DNA of 61,326 nucleotides, from the NCBI GenBank assembly GCA_041613315.1, contig JBFJHJ010000016.1:1-61326 (forward strand), read 5' to 3'. The translations under genes and the position numbers were made by a program. The stretch is from Gemmatimonadales bacterium. GTDB taxonomy: Bacteria > Gemmatimonadota > Gemmatimonadetes > Gemmatimonadales > GWC2-71-9. The notes below the pieces were generated by a model. The model searched no databases. It had not been told where the DNA came from and worked only from the letters and a program-made list of their open reading frames with translations. The stretch's first letter is position 1. Each line of letters begins with the position of its first letter. Positions 1-14,026 of the stretch are shown here, one piece after another.

Positions 1-5222
<5,222 letters not shown>

Positions 5223-5278
5223 TTCCGGCTCGATACGCAGCGGTCTTCGAGGGTGTTCTCCCGATTCGAGTGAATGTT

Positions 5279-5497
5279 ATGGCCCGCGTCTGCGACATCT
5301 GTGGCAAGGGACCGTCGTTCGGTCACAACGTAAGCCACGCGAACAACAAGACGAATCGCCGCTGGTACCCCAATCTCCAGCGGGTGCGCGTCCTGGTCGA
5401 CGGCCGGCCCAAGCGCATCCGGGCGTGCACCCGGTGCATCAAGGGGGGCAAGGTGCAGAAAGCCCCACGGGGCGTCGCAGCGGCGCCCACCGCCTAA
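5279..5497 (+). CDS. rpmB: 50S ribosomal protein L28 (Zn-binding form)
   Basis: [34 protein letters not shown]...CTRCIK; tail of ORF 4370..5497. Confidence 0.96.
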   Translation: MARVCDICGKGPSFGHNVSHANNKTNRRWYPNLQRVRVLVDGRPKRIRACTRCIKGGKVQKAPRGVAAAPTA

Positions 5498-5523
5498 CAA
5501 AATGGGGACCGCGAGGTCCCCAT
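5494..5523 (-). terminator. Intrinsic terminator between convergent rpmB and rplQ
   Basis: Perfect 9-bp stem ATGGGGACC-GCGA-GGTCCCCAT (5502-5523), followed by TTTGTT on the minus strand. Confidence 0.75.
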
Positions 5524-5549
5524 GGTCGTTCGTCGCCCCCACCGGCCAC

Positions 5550-5906
5550 TCAGTCCGCAACCAACTCGATCCGCGCCAGCTCGGCACCGTCTCCCGGACG
5601 GTGGCCCAACTTGACGATCCGCGTATACCCGCCCGGCCGGCTCTGAAACCGGGGGCCGATTTCCGCGAACAGCCGGCCGCTGACCGCCCGGTTCTTGATG
5701 TGCCGTTCCACCTGCCGCCGGGCGTGCAAGTCGCCCCGCCGCGCCAAGGTGATGAGCCGCTCGGCGAAGGGGCGCAGCTCCTTGGCCTTCGCGACGGTGG
5801 TGACGACGCCGTCGTGCTGGAACAGCGAGGCCACCATGTTGCGCAGCATCGCGCGCCGGTGCGTGGCGGTCCGCGAGAGCTGGCGGCCTTTGCGCCGGTG
5901 CCGCAT
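5550..5906 (-). CDS. rplQ: 50S ribosomal protein L17
   Basis: MRHRRKGRQLSRTATHRRAMLRN...RPGGYTRIVK. Confidence 0.98.
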   Translation of the reverse strand: MRHRRKGRQLSRTATHRRAMLRNMVASLFQHDGVVTTVAKAKELRPFAERLITLARRGDLHARRQVERHIKNRAVSGRLFAEIGPRFQSRPGGYTRIVKLGHRPGDGAELARIELVAD

Positions 5907-5910
5907 CGCC

Positions 5911-6963
5911 CTACGCCTCCTCCGCGACGCCCGGCGGGGTGCTGGCCGCGGGCTCCGGGCCGGACATCATGAGCGCCCGGTCGTGTTCCTCGACCGTCAT
6001 TCCCAGGCGGAGCCCTTCGCGCTGCAGCATCTCGGCGATCTCGCCGAGGGCCTTCTCGCCCACGTTCTTGACCTTGAGCAGCTCATCCTCGGAGTAGCGC
6101 ACGAGGTCACCCAGCGTGCCGATGCTGGAGTTCTTGAGCGAGTTGATGGAGCGCACCGAGAGCCCGCAATCGTCGATCGGCTTCGCCAAGAGATCCCGGA
6201 GCTCGGCGCCGTCTTGTTCACCGTGCTCCGCCGAGTCGGGCGCCGCCATCGGGATGCGACCGAAGTCCATGAAGAACCGGACGTGCTCCTGGAGCAGCGC
6301 CGCGCCGTACGCGACCGCGTCCTCGGGCGGGATCGCCCCATTTGTCTCGACCGCCAGCGTGAGACTGTCGAAGTCGGTCCGCTGGCCGACGCGCGTCTCG
6401 TGCACCGTGAAGTTCGCGCGCCGCACCGGGTTGTAGATCGCGTCGATCCGCACGAGGTCCACCGGTTGGGACCGGTCTTCGACGTGCTCCGACGCCTCCA
6501 CGTAGCCCCGCCCCTTGTTCACGTACAGCTCACCGGCGAGCTCCCGATCTTCCTGCAGGGTGAACAGCAGGTGCTCCGGATGCACGATGTCGACGGCGGC
6601 GTTCGGGACGATGTCCCGGGCCAGGACGGGACCGGCCTTGCGCGCGTGGACCTGGAGCACGGCCTCGTCGACATCGTCAGCCAACACCAAGGTCAGCGCC
6701 TTGAGCCGCTGGATGATCTGGTGGATGTCCTCCACCACGCCCGGCACCGTCTGGTGCTCGTGGACCACCCCCTCCAGCCGGAACCCCCACACCGCGGCTC
6801 CCGGCAATGACGAGAGGAGCATGCGCCGTACGGCGTTCCCGAGCGTGTACCCGTAGCCCCGCTCCAGCGGTTGCAGGCGGAATTCGGCCGCAAACGGATT
6901 GTCCTCCCGCTTCGTCATCTCGACGACGTGCGGGCGGACCAGACCAGTCAGATCAATTGCCAT
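5911..6963 (-). CDS. rpoA: RNA polymerase subunit alpha
   Basis: PLERGYGYTLGNAVRRMLLSS; CTD LSVRSINSLK...KVKNVGEK. Confidence 0.98.
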   Translation of the reverse strand: MAIDLTGLVRPHVVEMTKREDNPFAAEFRLQPLERGYGYTLGNAVRRMLLSSLPGAAVWGFRLEGVVHEHQTVPGVVEDIHQIIQRLKALTLVLADDVDEAVLQVHARKAGPVLARDIVPNAAVDIVHPEHLLFTLQEDRELAGELYVNKGRGYVEASEHVEDRSQPVDLVRIDAIYNPVRRANFTVHETRVGQRTDFDSLTLAVETNGAIPPEDAVAYGAALLQEHVRFFMDFGRIPMAAPDSAEHGEQDGAELRDLLAKPIDDCGLSVRSINSLKNSSIGTLGDLVRYSEDELLKVKNVGEKALGEIAEMLQREGLRLGMTVEEHDRALMMSGPEPAASTPPGVAEEA

Positions 6964-6966
6964 AGG

Positions 6967-7602
6967 TTACTTCGAGTAGAGCTCCACGATCAGCTGCTCC
7001 TGCGCGGCGATCGGAATCGCGTCGCGCGTGGGCAGTTCGGTGACCTTCCCCACCGCCTTGTCGGTATCGACGGTGATCCATGAGACCGGCACGGCCCGCG
7101 AGAGGGCCTCAAGCGCGGCGCGCACGACGGCCAGCTCTCGGCTCGCCTGCGCCACCTTGACCTCGTCGCCCGCGCGTACCCGGTACGACGGGATGTCCAC
7201 CGTGCGGCCGTTCACTTCGACATGCCGATGCCGGACCAACTGCCGCGCCGCCTTCCGGCTCTGGGCGAAGCCCATGCGGTAGACGATGTTGTCGAGCCGA
7301 CCCTCCAGCGCGATCAGGAGGTTCTCGCCCGTCACCCCGGGTTGGGTCCGCACTTCGTCGAACATGTTCCGGAAATAGCGCTCCGAGACGCCGTAGATCC
7401 GTTTGACCTTCTGCTTTTCCCGGAGCTGTTTCTGATACTCCGATTGCTTGCGGCGCCGGCCCATGGCCTGGCCGTGCTGTCCCGGTGCGTAGGCGCGACG
7501 TTCGATGGCACACTTCTCCGTGAGACACCGCGAGCCTTTCAGGAACAGCTTCGTCCCCTCGCGACGGCACAGCTTGCAGACCGGCCCGGTGTAGCGCGCC
7601 AT
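6967..7602 (-). CDS. rpsD: 30S ribosomal protein S4
   Basis: MARYTGPVCKLCRREG...LEGRLDNIVYRMG...EQLIVELYSK. Confidence 0.98.
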   Translation of the reverse strand: MARYTGPVCKLCRREGTKLFLKGSRCLTEKCAIERRAYAPGQHGQAMGRRRKQSEYQKQLREKQKVKRIYGVSERYFRNMFDEVRTQPGVTGENLLIALEGRLDNIVYRMGFAQSRKAARQLVRHRHVEVNGRTVDIPSYRVRAGDEVKVAQASRELAVVRAALEALSRAVPVSWITVDTDKAVGKVTELPTRDAIPIAAQEQLIVELYSK

Positions 7603-7606
7603 ATGC

Positions 7607-7999
7607 TCAGACCCGCCGCTTCTTGGGCGGCCGGCACCCGTTGTGGGGGATCGGGGTCACGTCCCGGATGGACTTGACCTCGAGCCCGGCCGCCGCCAAC
7701 GCCTGCACCGCCGACTCGCGCCCCGATCCGGGGCCCTGCACGCGCACGTGGACGCGCCGGACACCGAGATTCGCCGCCTCGCGGGCGCATTGCTCCGCCG
7801 CGACCGTCGCCGCAAACGACGTGGACTTCTTCGAGCCCTTGAACCCCGACTTGCCGGCGGAACCCCACGTGATGGTGTTCCCCTGCAGGTCCGTGATCGT
7901 GATGAGCGTGTTGTTGAAGGTGGCGGTGATGTGGGCGATCCCTTCCGCCTCAACCGCCTTCTTGCCGCGCTTGCCGGCGGCGGGCTGTGCTTGTGCCAT
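7607..7999 (-). CDS. rpsK: 30S ribosomal protein S11
   Basis: [12 protein letters not shown]...GFKGSKKST...[18 protein letters not shown]. Confidence 0.98.
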   Translation of the reverse strand: MAQAQPAAGKRGKKAVEAEGIAHITATFNNTLITITDLQGNTITWGSAGKSGFKGSKKSTSFAATVAAEQCAREAANLGVRRVHVRVQGPGSGRESAVQALAAAGLEVKSIRDVTPIPHNGCRPPKKRRV

Positions 8000-8000
8000 G

Positions 8001-8381
8001 CTACTTCTTCGTCACCTTTTTCTTGCCGGCGATGGCGCGGCGCGGGCCCTTCTTCGTCCGGGCATTCGTGTGCGTCCGCTGGCCGCGCACCGGCAGCCCG
8101 CGCCGGTGCCGCTGGCCCCGGTAGCTGCCAATGTCCATCAGCCGCTTGATGTTCATGGAGATCTCGGTCCGGAGCGCCCCCTCGACCTTCACCTGCCGTT
8201 CGATGGCCTGCCGCAGCCGCGCCACCTCGGCGTCCGTGAGGTCCCGCACACGGGTGTCCGCCGACACCGCCGTCTCATCGAGGATACGGTTAGCCGTGGA
8301 CCGCCCGACGCCGAAAATGTACGTGAGGGCGATCTGCACGCGCTTCTCCCGCGGAAGGTCGACACCTGCGATACGCGCCAT
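8001..8381 (-). CDS. rpsM: 30S ribosomal protein S13
   Basis: [10 protein letters not shown]...[19 protein letters not shown]. Confidence 0.98.
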   Translation of the reverse strand: MARIAGVDLPREKRVQIALTYIFGVGRSTANRILDETAVSADTRVRDLTDAEVARLRQAIERQVKVEGALRTEISMNIKRLMDIGSYRGQRHRRGLPVRGQRTHTNARTKKGPRRAIAGKKKVTKK

Positions 8382-8384
8382 GGG

Positions 8385-8501
8385 TCAGCCCTGCCGCTGT
8401 TTGTGCTTGGGATTGCGCTTGCAGATGACGCGCGTCACGCCCTTGCGCCGGATCACCTTGCAGTGCTCGCAGATCGGCTTGACGCTCGAACGAACCTTCA
8501 C
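8385..8501 (-). CDS. rpmJ: 50S ribosomal protein L36 (38 aa, below ORF-track cutoff)
   Basis: Manual translation from [46 protein letters not shown] upstream. Confidence 0.97.
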   Translation of the reverse strand: MKVRSSVKPICEHCKVIRRKGVTRVICKRNPKHKQRQG

Positions 8502-8540
8502 GACCAACGCTCCTCGCCGAAAGTCACAATGCAGCCTTGC

Positions 8541-8569
8541 AATATAGACGGGCGTTAGTCGCGCCGCAA
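8541..8569 (-). promoter_or_regulatory. Putative sigma70 promoter of the rpmJ-alpha operon
   Basis: TTGCGG-17 bp-TATATT on the minus strand, 40 bp upstream of rpmJ. Confidence 0.6.
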
Positions 8570-8576
8570 GTTGGGG

Positions 8577-9053
8577 TTACGGCGTTACCCGTACCTCCCG
8601 GAGGCGCCAGACGTCCCCCAGGCGGCGGAAGCCGAGGAACACCGTTTCGCTCCGCTCCTCGGACGTTCCTTGCACCACGTAGCTCCGCACCACCTCCGCA
8701 TACGCGTGATCCGGCGCAAGCTGCCGCAGCTCCCGCAGCGCGAAGCTCACCTCCTCCGACGCTCCCAGGTAACGCTCCAGTAACCGGGCCGCCTGGCCGG
8801 GTCGGAGGGAAGCCGACACGGCGATCCCCGGCAGCTGCAGCCGGACCGTGTCGCTACGCGCCACCAGCGCCGCCATGTCGCGCGCCAGCCAGGCCGTCCG
8901 AGCGCTGGCCAGTTCGCGGCTCAGGGCGTCCTGCCCCGCCAGTGGTCCGGCACCGGCCAGGCCCACCGCAAGCATCACCGCGGCGAAGCCGAACCGCGCG
9001 GCGTGCGGGGCATCACGACTCACGAAGAGACCTGCGTCGCTGCTGCGTGACAT
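8577..9053 (-). CDS. Hypothetical exported protein (possibly NTF2-like/DUF4783-like)
   Basis: Hydrophobic N-terminal segment, ends [13 protein letters not shown]; co-oriented downstream of pyrF. Confidence 0.6.
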   Translation of the reverse strand: MSRSSDAGLFVSRDAPHAARFGFAAVMLAVGLAGAGPLAGQDALSRELASARTAWLARDMAALVARSDTVRLQLPGIAVSASLRPGQAARLLERYLGASEEVSFALRELRQLAPDHAYAEVVRSYVVQGTSEERSETVFLGFRRLGDVWRLREVRVTP

Positions 9054-9712
9054 AACTCCTCATACACCGCTCGGGGCTCATCGGCACACACGATGGGCCG
9101 ACCCACCACGAGATGCGTCGCGCCCGCAGCGACCGCTTCGGCCGGGGTCGCCGTGCGGCGCTGATCGTCCGCTGGCGCGCCGGGCAACCGAATTCCGGGG
9201 GTCACGATCCAGCAGTCCGCCCCGACCACGGTACGTACCTGCCGGGCCTCGCGCGGGGACGCGACGAGGGCGCCGACACCGCACTCGGCGGCCAGCCGCG
9301 CGAGGCGCGTAACCTCCTCTTCCACTTGCAGGCCGCGGCGACCGATCACGTCGCCATAGCTCTGGGCGTCATGCGACGTCAGCACCGTCACGCCCGCGAT
9401 CCGGATCCCGGTCCCCGCCGCCACCGCCGCCCGCAACATAGCACGCCCGCCCCCCGCGTGGACCGTCGCCAGCTCCACGCCCAATCGCGCGGCCGCGCCC
9501 ACCGCGCCGGCCACGGTCGTGGGGATGTCGTGCCATTTGAGATCGAGAAAGACGCGAATCCCGCGCTCGATGAGTTCGCGCACGAGCGCGGGGCCGTCCT
9601 GCAGATAGAGCGCCGGCCCGACCTTGGCCCACGTGAGCCCGCCGAGGCGGTCGGCGAACCGAAGGGCGGCGCGCGCCGAGGCGACGTCGAGCGCCACGAT
9701 AACCTCAGCCAC
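9020..9712 (-). CDS. pyrF: Orotidine-5'-phosphate decarboxylase
   Basis: IVALD, VFLDLKWHDIPTTV, VTPGIR, VVGRPI; GTG start overlaps pyrD stop. Confidence 0.95.
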   Translation of the reverse strand: MAEVIVALDVASARAALRFADRLGGLTWAKVGPALYLQDGPALVRELIERGIRVFLDLKWHDIPTTVAGAVGAAARLGVELATVHAGGGRAMLRAAVAAGTGIRIAGVTVLTSHDAQSYGDVIGRRGLQVEEEVTRLARLAAECGVGALVASPREARQVRTVVGADCWIVTPGIRLPGAPADDQRRTATPAEAVAAGATHLVVGRPIVCADEPRAVYEELCHAAATQVSS

Positions 9713-10568
9713 CACGCCCCCAGCGGCGCACGAGGCGCTCGGGGATCCGCGGATCGGCGAGCGCCGCGGTGCCGACCGCCACAAGCGATGCCCCGGCGCT
9801 CAGGTACTGCTCCGCGTCCTCCCACGTCCGAATGCCGCCCATCCCGATGATCGGCAGCCCCGTCCGCTCGCGCACTTGCCGCACCGCGAGCACGCCGACC
9901 GGGAGAAGCGCCGGGCCACTCACGCCGCCCCGCCCGTAGCCCAGGCGGGCGCGGGGCGCGGCCTTGCCATCGGCGACCAGCGTCCCCGGCATCGTGTTCA
10001 CCAGAGAAAACCCATCCGCGCCGGCCGCCGCCGCCTGAGCCGCGGTCCCCGCCACGTCCGGCAGATTCGGCGCGAGCTTGACCACGAGCGGCCGGGCCGC
10101 CACCGCGCGGCACCGGCGGACGAGGTCCGCCAGGACGCGGGGGTCGACGCCGAACTCCTCACCCCCCCGGGCGGTGTTGGGACACGACACGTTCAGCTCA
10201 AACGCGGTCACCACGGCCATGTCGGCGAGGCGCCGAACCACCGTGACATAGTCTTCCACCACGGCTCCCACCACGTTGACGAGGACACGGGCCGCCGTCA
10301 GGTGGCGCGCGAGCCAGGGCAGCTCGACCGTCGCCACGCGCTCCAGGCCAGGGTTCGCGAGCCCGATCGCGTTGAGCATGCCGCCGGGGAACTCGGCCAC
10401 GCGCGGGGGCGCGTGCCCCGCCCGCGGCTCGGGGCTCACGGCCTTCGTAATCAGCCCGCCGAGGCGATTCAGATCGACCACTCCGGCCACCTCCCGACCG
10501 AATCCCGCGGTGCCGGCGGCCAGGAGGACCGGGTTTTGAAAAGGGACCCCGAACACCTCGACGGTCAC
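9705..10568 (-). CDS. pyrD: Dihydroorotate dehydrogenase, class 1 catalytic subunit
   Basis: NPVLLAAGT, GMLNAIGLANPG, ELNVSCPN, KLAPN, GGVSGPAL. Confidence 0.95.
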   Translation of the reverse strand: MTVEVFGVPFQNPVLLAAGTAGFGREVAGVVDLNRLGGLITKAVSPEPRAGHAPPRVAEFPGGMLNAIGLANPGLERVATVELPWLARHLTAARVLVNVVGAVVEDYVTVVRRLADMAVVTAFELNVSCPNTARGGEEFGVDPRVLADLVRRCRAVAARPLVVKLAPNLPDVAGTAAQAAAAGADGFSLVNTMPGTLVADGKAAPRARLGYGRGGVSGPALLPVGVLAVRQVRERTGLPIIGMGGIRTWEDAEQYLSAGASLVAVGTAALADPRIPERLVRRWGRGG

Positions 10569-11935
10569 GGCCGTCGGATCGGCGGCTGCTTGCCCACGTC
10601 CGGCGCCTCGGCGGTGCGCGGCGCCGCACTCGCGAGGAGCCCCCGCAGCGAGTCCTCGAGCTCTCGAAACGCCGCGGCCCCCTCGCCATGCAGCACCTTC
10701 AGGTAGGGCGACGTGGGGTAGCGGATCCGCAACACGGCGACCAAGGACTCCGCCCGCGCGGGGGCGAGGAGGGCGGCGGCGAGGAGGGCCTTCGGTGCGA
10801 GCGGCGACTCGGGATACTGCGCAGCAATGCGGACGAACAGTGCCGCCGCGAGTGGCGCCGCGCCGAGCGAGTCTCGCGCGGCCTCAGCCAACCGGAATGT
10901 CCGCAAGGGGTCGGCCGGCCGATCGCCAGCGATCAACGCGTGGATCTCCCGGACCACCGGCACGAGCGTCGCCGCCTCCCGCCCGGCGCTCCCCCCGCGT
11001 CGGCTCGCTTCGGTGAGCCACTCCAGCATATCGGCGCTCCGCGCGGGGTCGGCCGTGCGCTCCAACTCCAGCATGGCCAGGCGCACGAGCGCCACGCCCG
11101 CTTCGTTCGAGTCGGGCGCCGCGCGCTGCGCGGCGCGGAACCGCTCCGCCGCCCGTGCCGGACTGCGGGCCGCCCAGCGTTCTCCGTCGGCCACGAGGAG
11201 CCGCGCCCGCTGGCCCTCGGTGAGCTCCGCGCGGGCGACGAGCGCGTCCACCAGCGGCGACGCAACCGTCGCGGCGCGGCGCCCCAGCGCCTCCAGGGCG
11301 CCCCGCCAACGGCGCTCGTCGAACGGTGCGCGTAGCCCGGCGGCGAGCGTCTGAACGGCCGGCTCCAGGCTGTCGAGCGCGACGTAAGCCAGCGCGATGT
11401 CGAACGCGGCGTCGGGCCCGGTGCGGGCCAAGTCACGCAGCGCCGCGGCCGGCTCCCCCGTGGCGAGCGCTGCACGACCCCGCCACTGGCGCGCCTCCCG
11501 CTGGACGGCGGTGTCCGGATCGGCTACCAGCGGCGTCAAGACGACCTGTGCGGAGTCCGGCTGGCCCGTAGCCACGTAACAGGCCCCGAGAAGGAGTTGC
11601 GCTCGCCGCCGCACCGGCGGGCCGGCGGCCGAGTCGGCGGCGAGGCGGAGCGGCGCAATCGCCCGTTCGCACTCGCCCACGTAGCGGAACGCCCGGCCTG
11701 CCAGGAGCAGGGCCTCACCCCGCTGTCGGTCGCGCCGCTCGTGCACGGCGACCGATTCGGCTTTGACGGCCGCCTGTAGCCACAGCGAGCGCGCCTCCCC
11801 CGCGCGCCCCTCGCGCTCCGCGCGCCGGGCATCGCCCGCCAGCCGGTTCGCGTTGTACAGCCCGTTGTAATAGACGCAGGCCGCGAGACCGGCTGCGACG
11901 CCGAGACCGGCGAGCACCCGGCCCCACCACGTCAC
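10565..11935 (-). CDS. TPR-like lipoprotein
   Basis: Lipobox LAAC followed by VYYNGLYNA; Ala-rich helical repeats, YPESPLAPKAL; 4-bp overlaps with both neighbours. Confidence 0.7.
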   Translation of the reverse strand: MTWWGRVLAGLGVAAGLAACVYYNGLYNANRLAGDARRAEREGRAGEARSLWLQAAVKAESVAVHERRDRQRGEALLLAGRAFRYVGECERAIAPLRLAADSAAGPPVRRRAQLLLGACYVATGQPDSAQVVLTPLVADPDTAVQREARQWRGRAALATGEPAAALRDLARTGPDAAFDIALAYVALDSLEPAVQTLAAGLRAPFDERRWRGALEALGRRAATVASPLVDALVARAELTEGQRARLLVADGERWAARSPARAAERFRAAQRAAPDSNEAGVALVRLAMLELERTADPARSADMLEWLTEASRRGGSAGREAATLVPVVREIHALIAGDRPADPLRTFRLAEAARDSLGAAPLAAALFVRIAAQYPESPLAPKALLAAALLAPARAESLVAVLRIRYPTSPYLKVLHGEGAAAFRELEDSLRGLLASAAPRTAEAPDVGKQPPIRRP

Positions 11936-13242
11936 GGCGGGCCCTCGGTCAGCACCTTGCGCTCGTATTGGCGCAGGTAAGCCGCGATGCCCTCGGCGAT
12001 CGCGTTGGCCAGCTCGGTCTGACCGGCAGGCGAGGTAAGGTAGCGCGCGTCGCGCCGATTGGTCGCGAAGCCGGCTTCGATCAGGATGGCCGGACGCCGC
12101 GCGGTGGCGAGGACGACGAATTGGTTCTGGTGCACGCCGCGATCGCCGCCCGGATGCACCCGGGCGGCGGTGCGCTGGACGGTGGCGGCCAGGAGTGCCG
12201 ACTCGCGAAGAAACTCGTTCGCGTGCAGGTCCTTGAAGATGAAGCTCAGCGCATCGCCCAAGTCATCGATCTGCCGGGTTTCGTAGCGCAGCGCCTCGTT
12301 TTCCATCGCGGCCACGCGCTGCGCGTCCGCGGTGAGCGCCTGACCGAGAAAGTACGTCTCCATACCAGAGGCGTCCTCGTACCCCGCGCGCCGGGGGAGA
12401 CTGTTGATGTGAATGCTCGCGAACAGGTCGCAGTCGGCCCGGCACAGGCGGGCGCGATCCACCAGGTTGATCAGCGTATCCGTGGTTCGGGTCAGCACCA
12501 CCTCGATGCCCATGCGCTGGAGCTGCTGGGCAACCCGCTGCGCCAGCGCCAGGGTCACGTCCTTCTCCCGCGTCGCGCCTGGAAAATGCAGCCCCGGGTT
12601 GCCCGGATCGCGCCCGCCGTGGCCCGGATCGAGCACCACCTTGTGATGCGTGCGGAAGCCATGCCGGCGCGCGAGCTCCGCAGATGGCAGCGTTCCGGCC
12701 GGCGGCGCCGTCTCCGGGGAGCCCGCGGGCGGGGCCGGCGCCGCCGACGGCGGTGCGAGCGGCGGGGAGATCCGCGTGACGACCGGCTGCAAACGGGCCT
12801 CTTCGAATCGCGCGGCCAGCGGATCGTAGCGATACCCCTCGTGAAACAGGCGGGGGATGTATTCGGCAAGCCACTGGAGGGGGAGGAACAGCGTATCGCG
12901 GGCGACATAGGCGCCGCCTGCTAACGGGACGGCCTGCCCATGATACATGAACAGGTGCGCGCCCAACAAAAATCGAAACGGCTGCCCGGCGAACGCAACC
13001 TCCGCCCAGCCGCCCGTCACGGCGTGGGCCAGCGGGAGGAGTCCCGCCAGGGCCGGCGCTGCCAGCGCCGGATGCCCTCGCTCGCGAGAGACCGGGACCG
13101 TCGACTCGCCTCGCGCCGTCGCGATCACGACCTTCGCGGGGGACCCGATCTCCCCGTGCACCGCGATCTCCACCGGCGGGAGCGCGACGGGAGCGGCCGG
13201 GAAGGCCGGCACGCTCGCCACCGTGAGGAGCAGGCCGATCAT
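11932..13242 (-). CDS. N-acetylmuramoyl-L-alanine amidase (Amidase_3)
   Basis: VVLDPGHGGRDPG, EKDVTL, FASIHINS, AILIEAGF; ATG at 13242 overlaps smpB stop. Confidence 0.92.
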   Translation of the reverse strand: MIGLLLTVASVPAFPAAPVALPPVEIAVHGEIGSPAKVVIATARGESTVPVSRERGHPALAAPALAGLLPLAHAVTGGWAEVAFAGQPFRFLLGAHLFMYHGQAVPLAGGAYVARDTLFLPLQWLAEYIPRLFHEGYRYDPLAARFEEARLQPVVTRISPPLAPPSAAPAPPAGSPETAPPAGTLPSAELARRHGFRTHHKVVLDPGHGGRDPGNPGLHFPGATREKDVTLALAQRVAQQLQRMGIEVVLTRTTDTLINLVDRARLCRADCDLFASIHINSLPRRAGYEDASGMETYFLGQALTADAQRVAAMENEALRYETRQIDDLGDALSFIFKDLHANEFLRESALLAATVQRTAARVHPGGDRGVHQNQFVVLATARRPAILIEAGFATNRRDARYLTSPAGQTELANAIAEGIAAYLRQYERKVLTEGPP

Positions 13243-13715
13243 CGCCGGCCCAGGGCCCGCGCGGCCTCGCGCTCGGCGGCCCGTCGCTTGAGATCTTCGC
13301 GCTTGTCGTGGGCCTTCTTGCCCTGTGCCAGGGCCAGCGTCACCTTGGCCCACCCCCGACGCAAGTGCATGTCCAGCGGCACGAGGGTCAGTCCCTTCCG
13401 TTCGAGCGCGCCGATCAGGCGACGGATCTGGTGGCGATGCAGCAACAGCTTGCGCGTGCGCGTCGGATCGTGCCAGCTGTATCCGGCTGACTCGTACGGC
13501 GCGATGTGCATCCCCTCCAGCCAGAGCTGGCCGTGGCGCACCACGCCAAACGCCCCCTTCAGGCTCACCTTGCCGGCCCGCACCGACTTGATCTCCGACC
13601 CCGTCAGAACGATCCCGCACTCCCACCGATCGAGCAGATGGTAGTCGTGACGGGCCTTGGGATTTCGGGCCACGATCGTGCCGGCATCCGCCTCCGGCTG
13701 TTTGCCAGGTGACAC
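13239..13715 (-). CDS. smpB: SsrA-binding protein SmpB
   Basis: NPKARHDY, GIVLTGSEIKSVR, RTRKLLLHR, GKKAHDKRE. Confidence 0.97.
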   Translation of the reverse strand: MSPGKQPEADAGTIVARNPKARHDYHLLDRWECGIVLTGSEIKSVRAGKVSLKGAFGVVRHGQLWLEGMHIAPYESAGYSWHDPTRTRKLLLHRHQIRRLIGALERKGLTLVPLDMHLRRGWAKVTLALAQGKKAHDKREDLKRRAAEREAARALGRR

Positions 13716-13763
13716 GCGCTAAGTCGAACTTAGAAAACCATTTCCGCCCGGTCAAGCAAAAGG

Positions 13764-13792
13764 TTGACCCCCCCCTGCGGGGTTTCTATATT
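13764..13792 (+). promoter_or_regulatory. Putative sigma70 promoter of tRNA-Leu
   Basis: TTGACC-17 bp-TATATT followed by a GC-rich discriminator. Confidence 0.7.
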
Positions 13793-13815
13793 CCGCGCCC
13801 CTGGGGGATGTTCCC

Positions 13816-13899
13816 GCCGAAGTGGTGGAACTGGTAGACGCGCTGCGTTCAGGGCGCAGTGGGCGTAAGCCCGTGTGGGTTCGAATCCCACCTTCGGCA
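13816..13899 (+). tRNA. tRNA-Leu(CAG), CCA not encoded
   Basis: Acceptor stem GCCGAAG/CTTCGGC, anticodon arm CTGCG-TTCAGGG-CGCAG, long variable arm, GGTTCGAATCC T-loop. Confidence 0.96.
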
Positions 13900-14026
13900 T
13901 GACCAGCAGGGGGGGAAGGTGGGAAGACGGTCGGCGTGTTGAGAATGGCACAGCGAAGCGGCGGCTGGGAACCCCCGGCCGCCGTTCTCACGTCGCGCCC
14001 TGCCACGCTGGCGCGCCTTGGCCCGT

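Noticed and set aside
13239..13815. tmRNA next to smpB
   Set aside because: The adjacent RNA gene is a normal tRNA-Leu; no ssrA-like sequence recognised.
13900..14026. Possible integration site or ncRNA after tRNA-Leu
   Set aside because: No integrase and no duplicated tRNA 3' end; only a GC hairpin consistent with termination between convergent genes.
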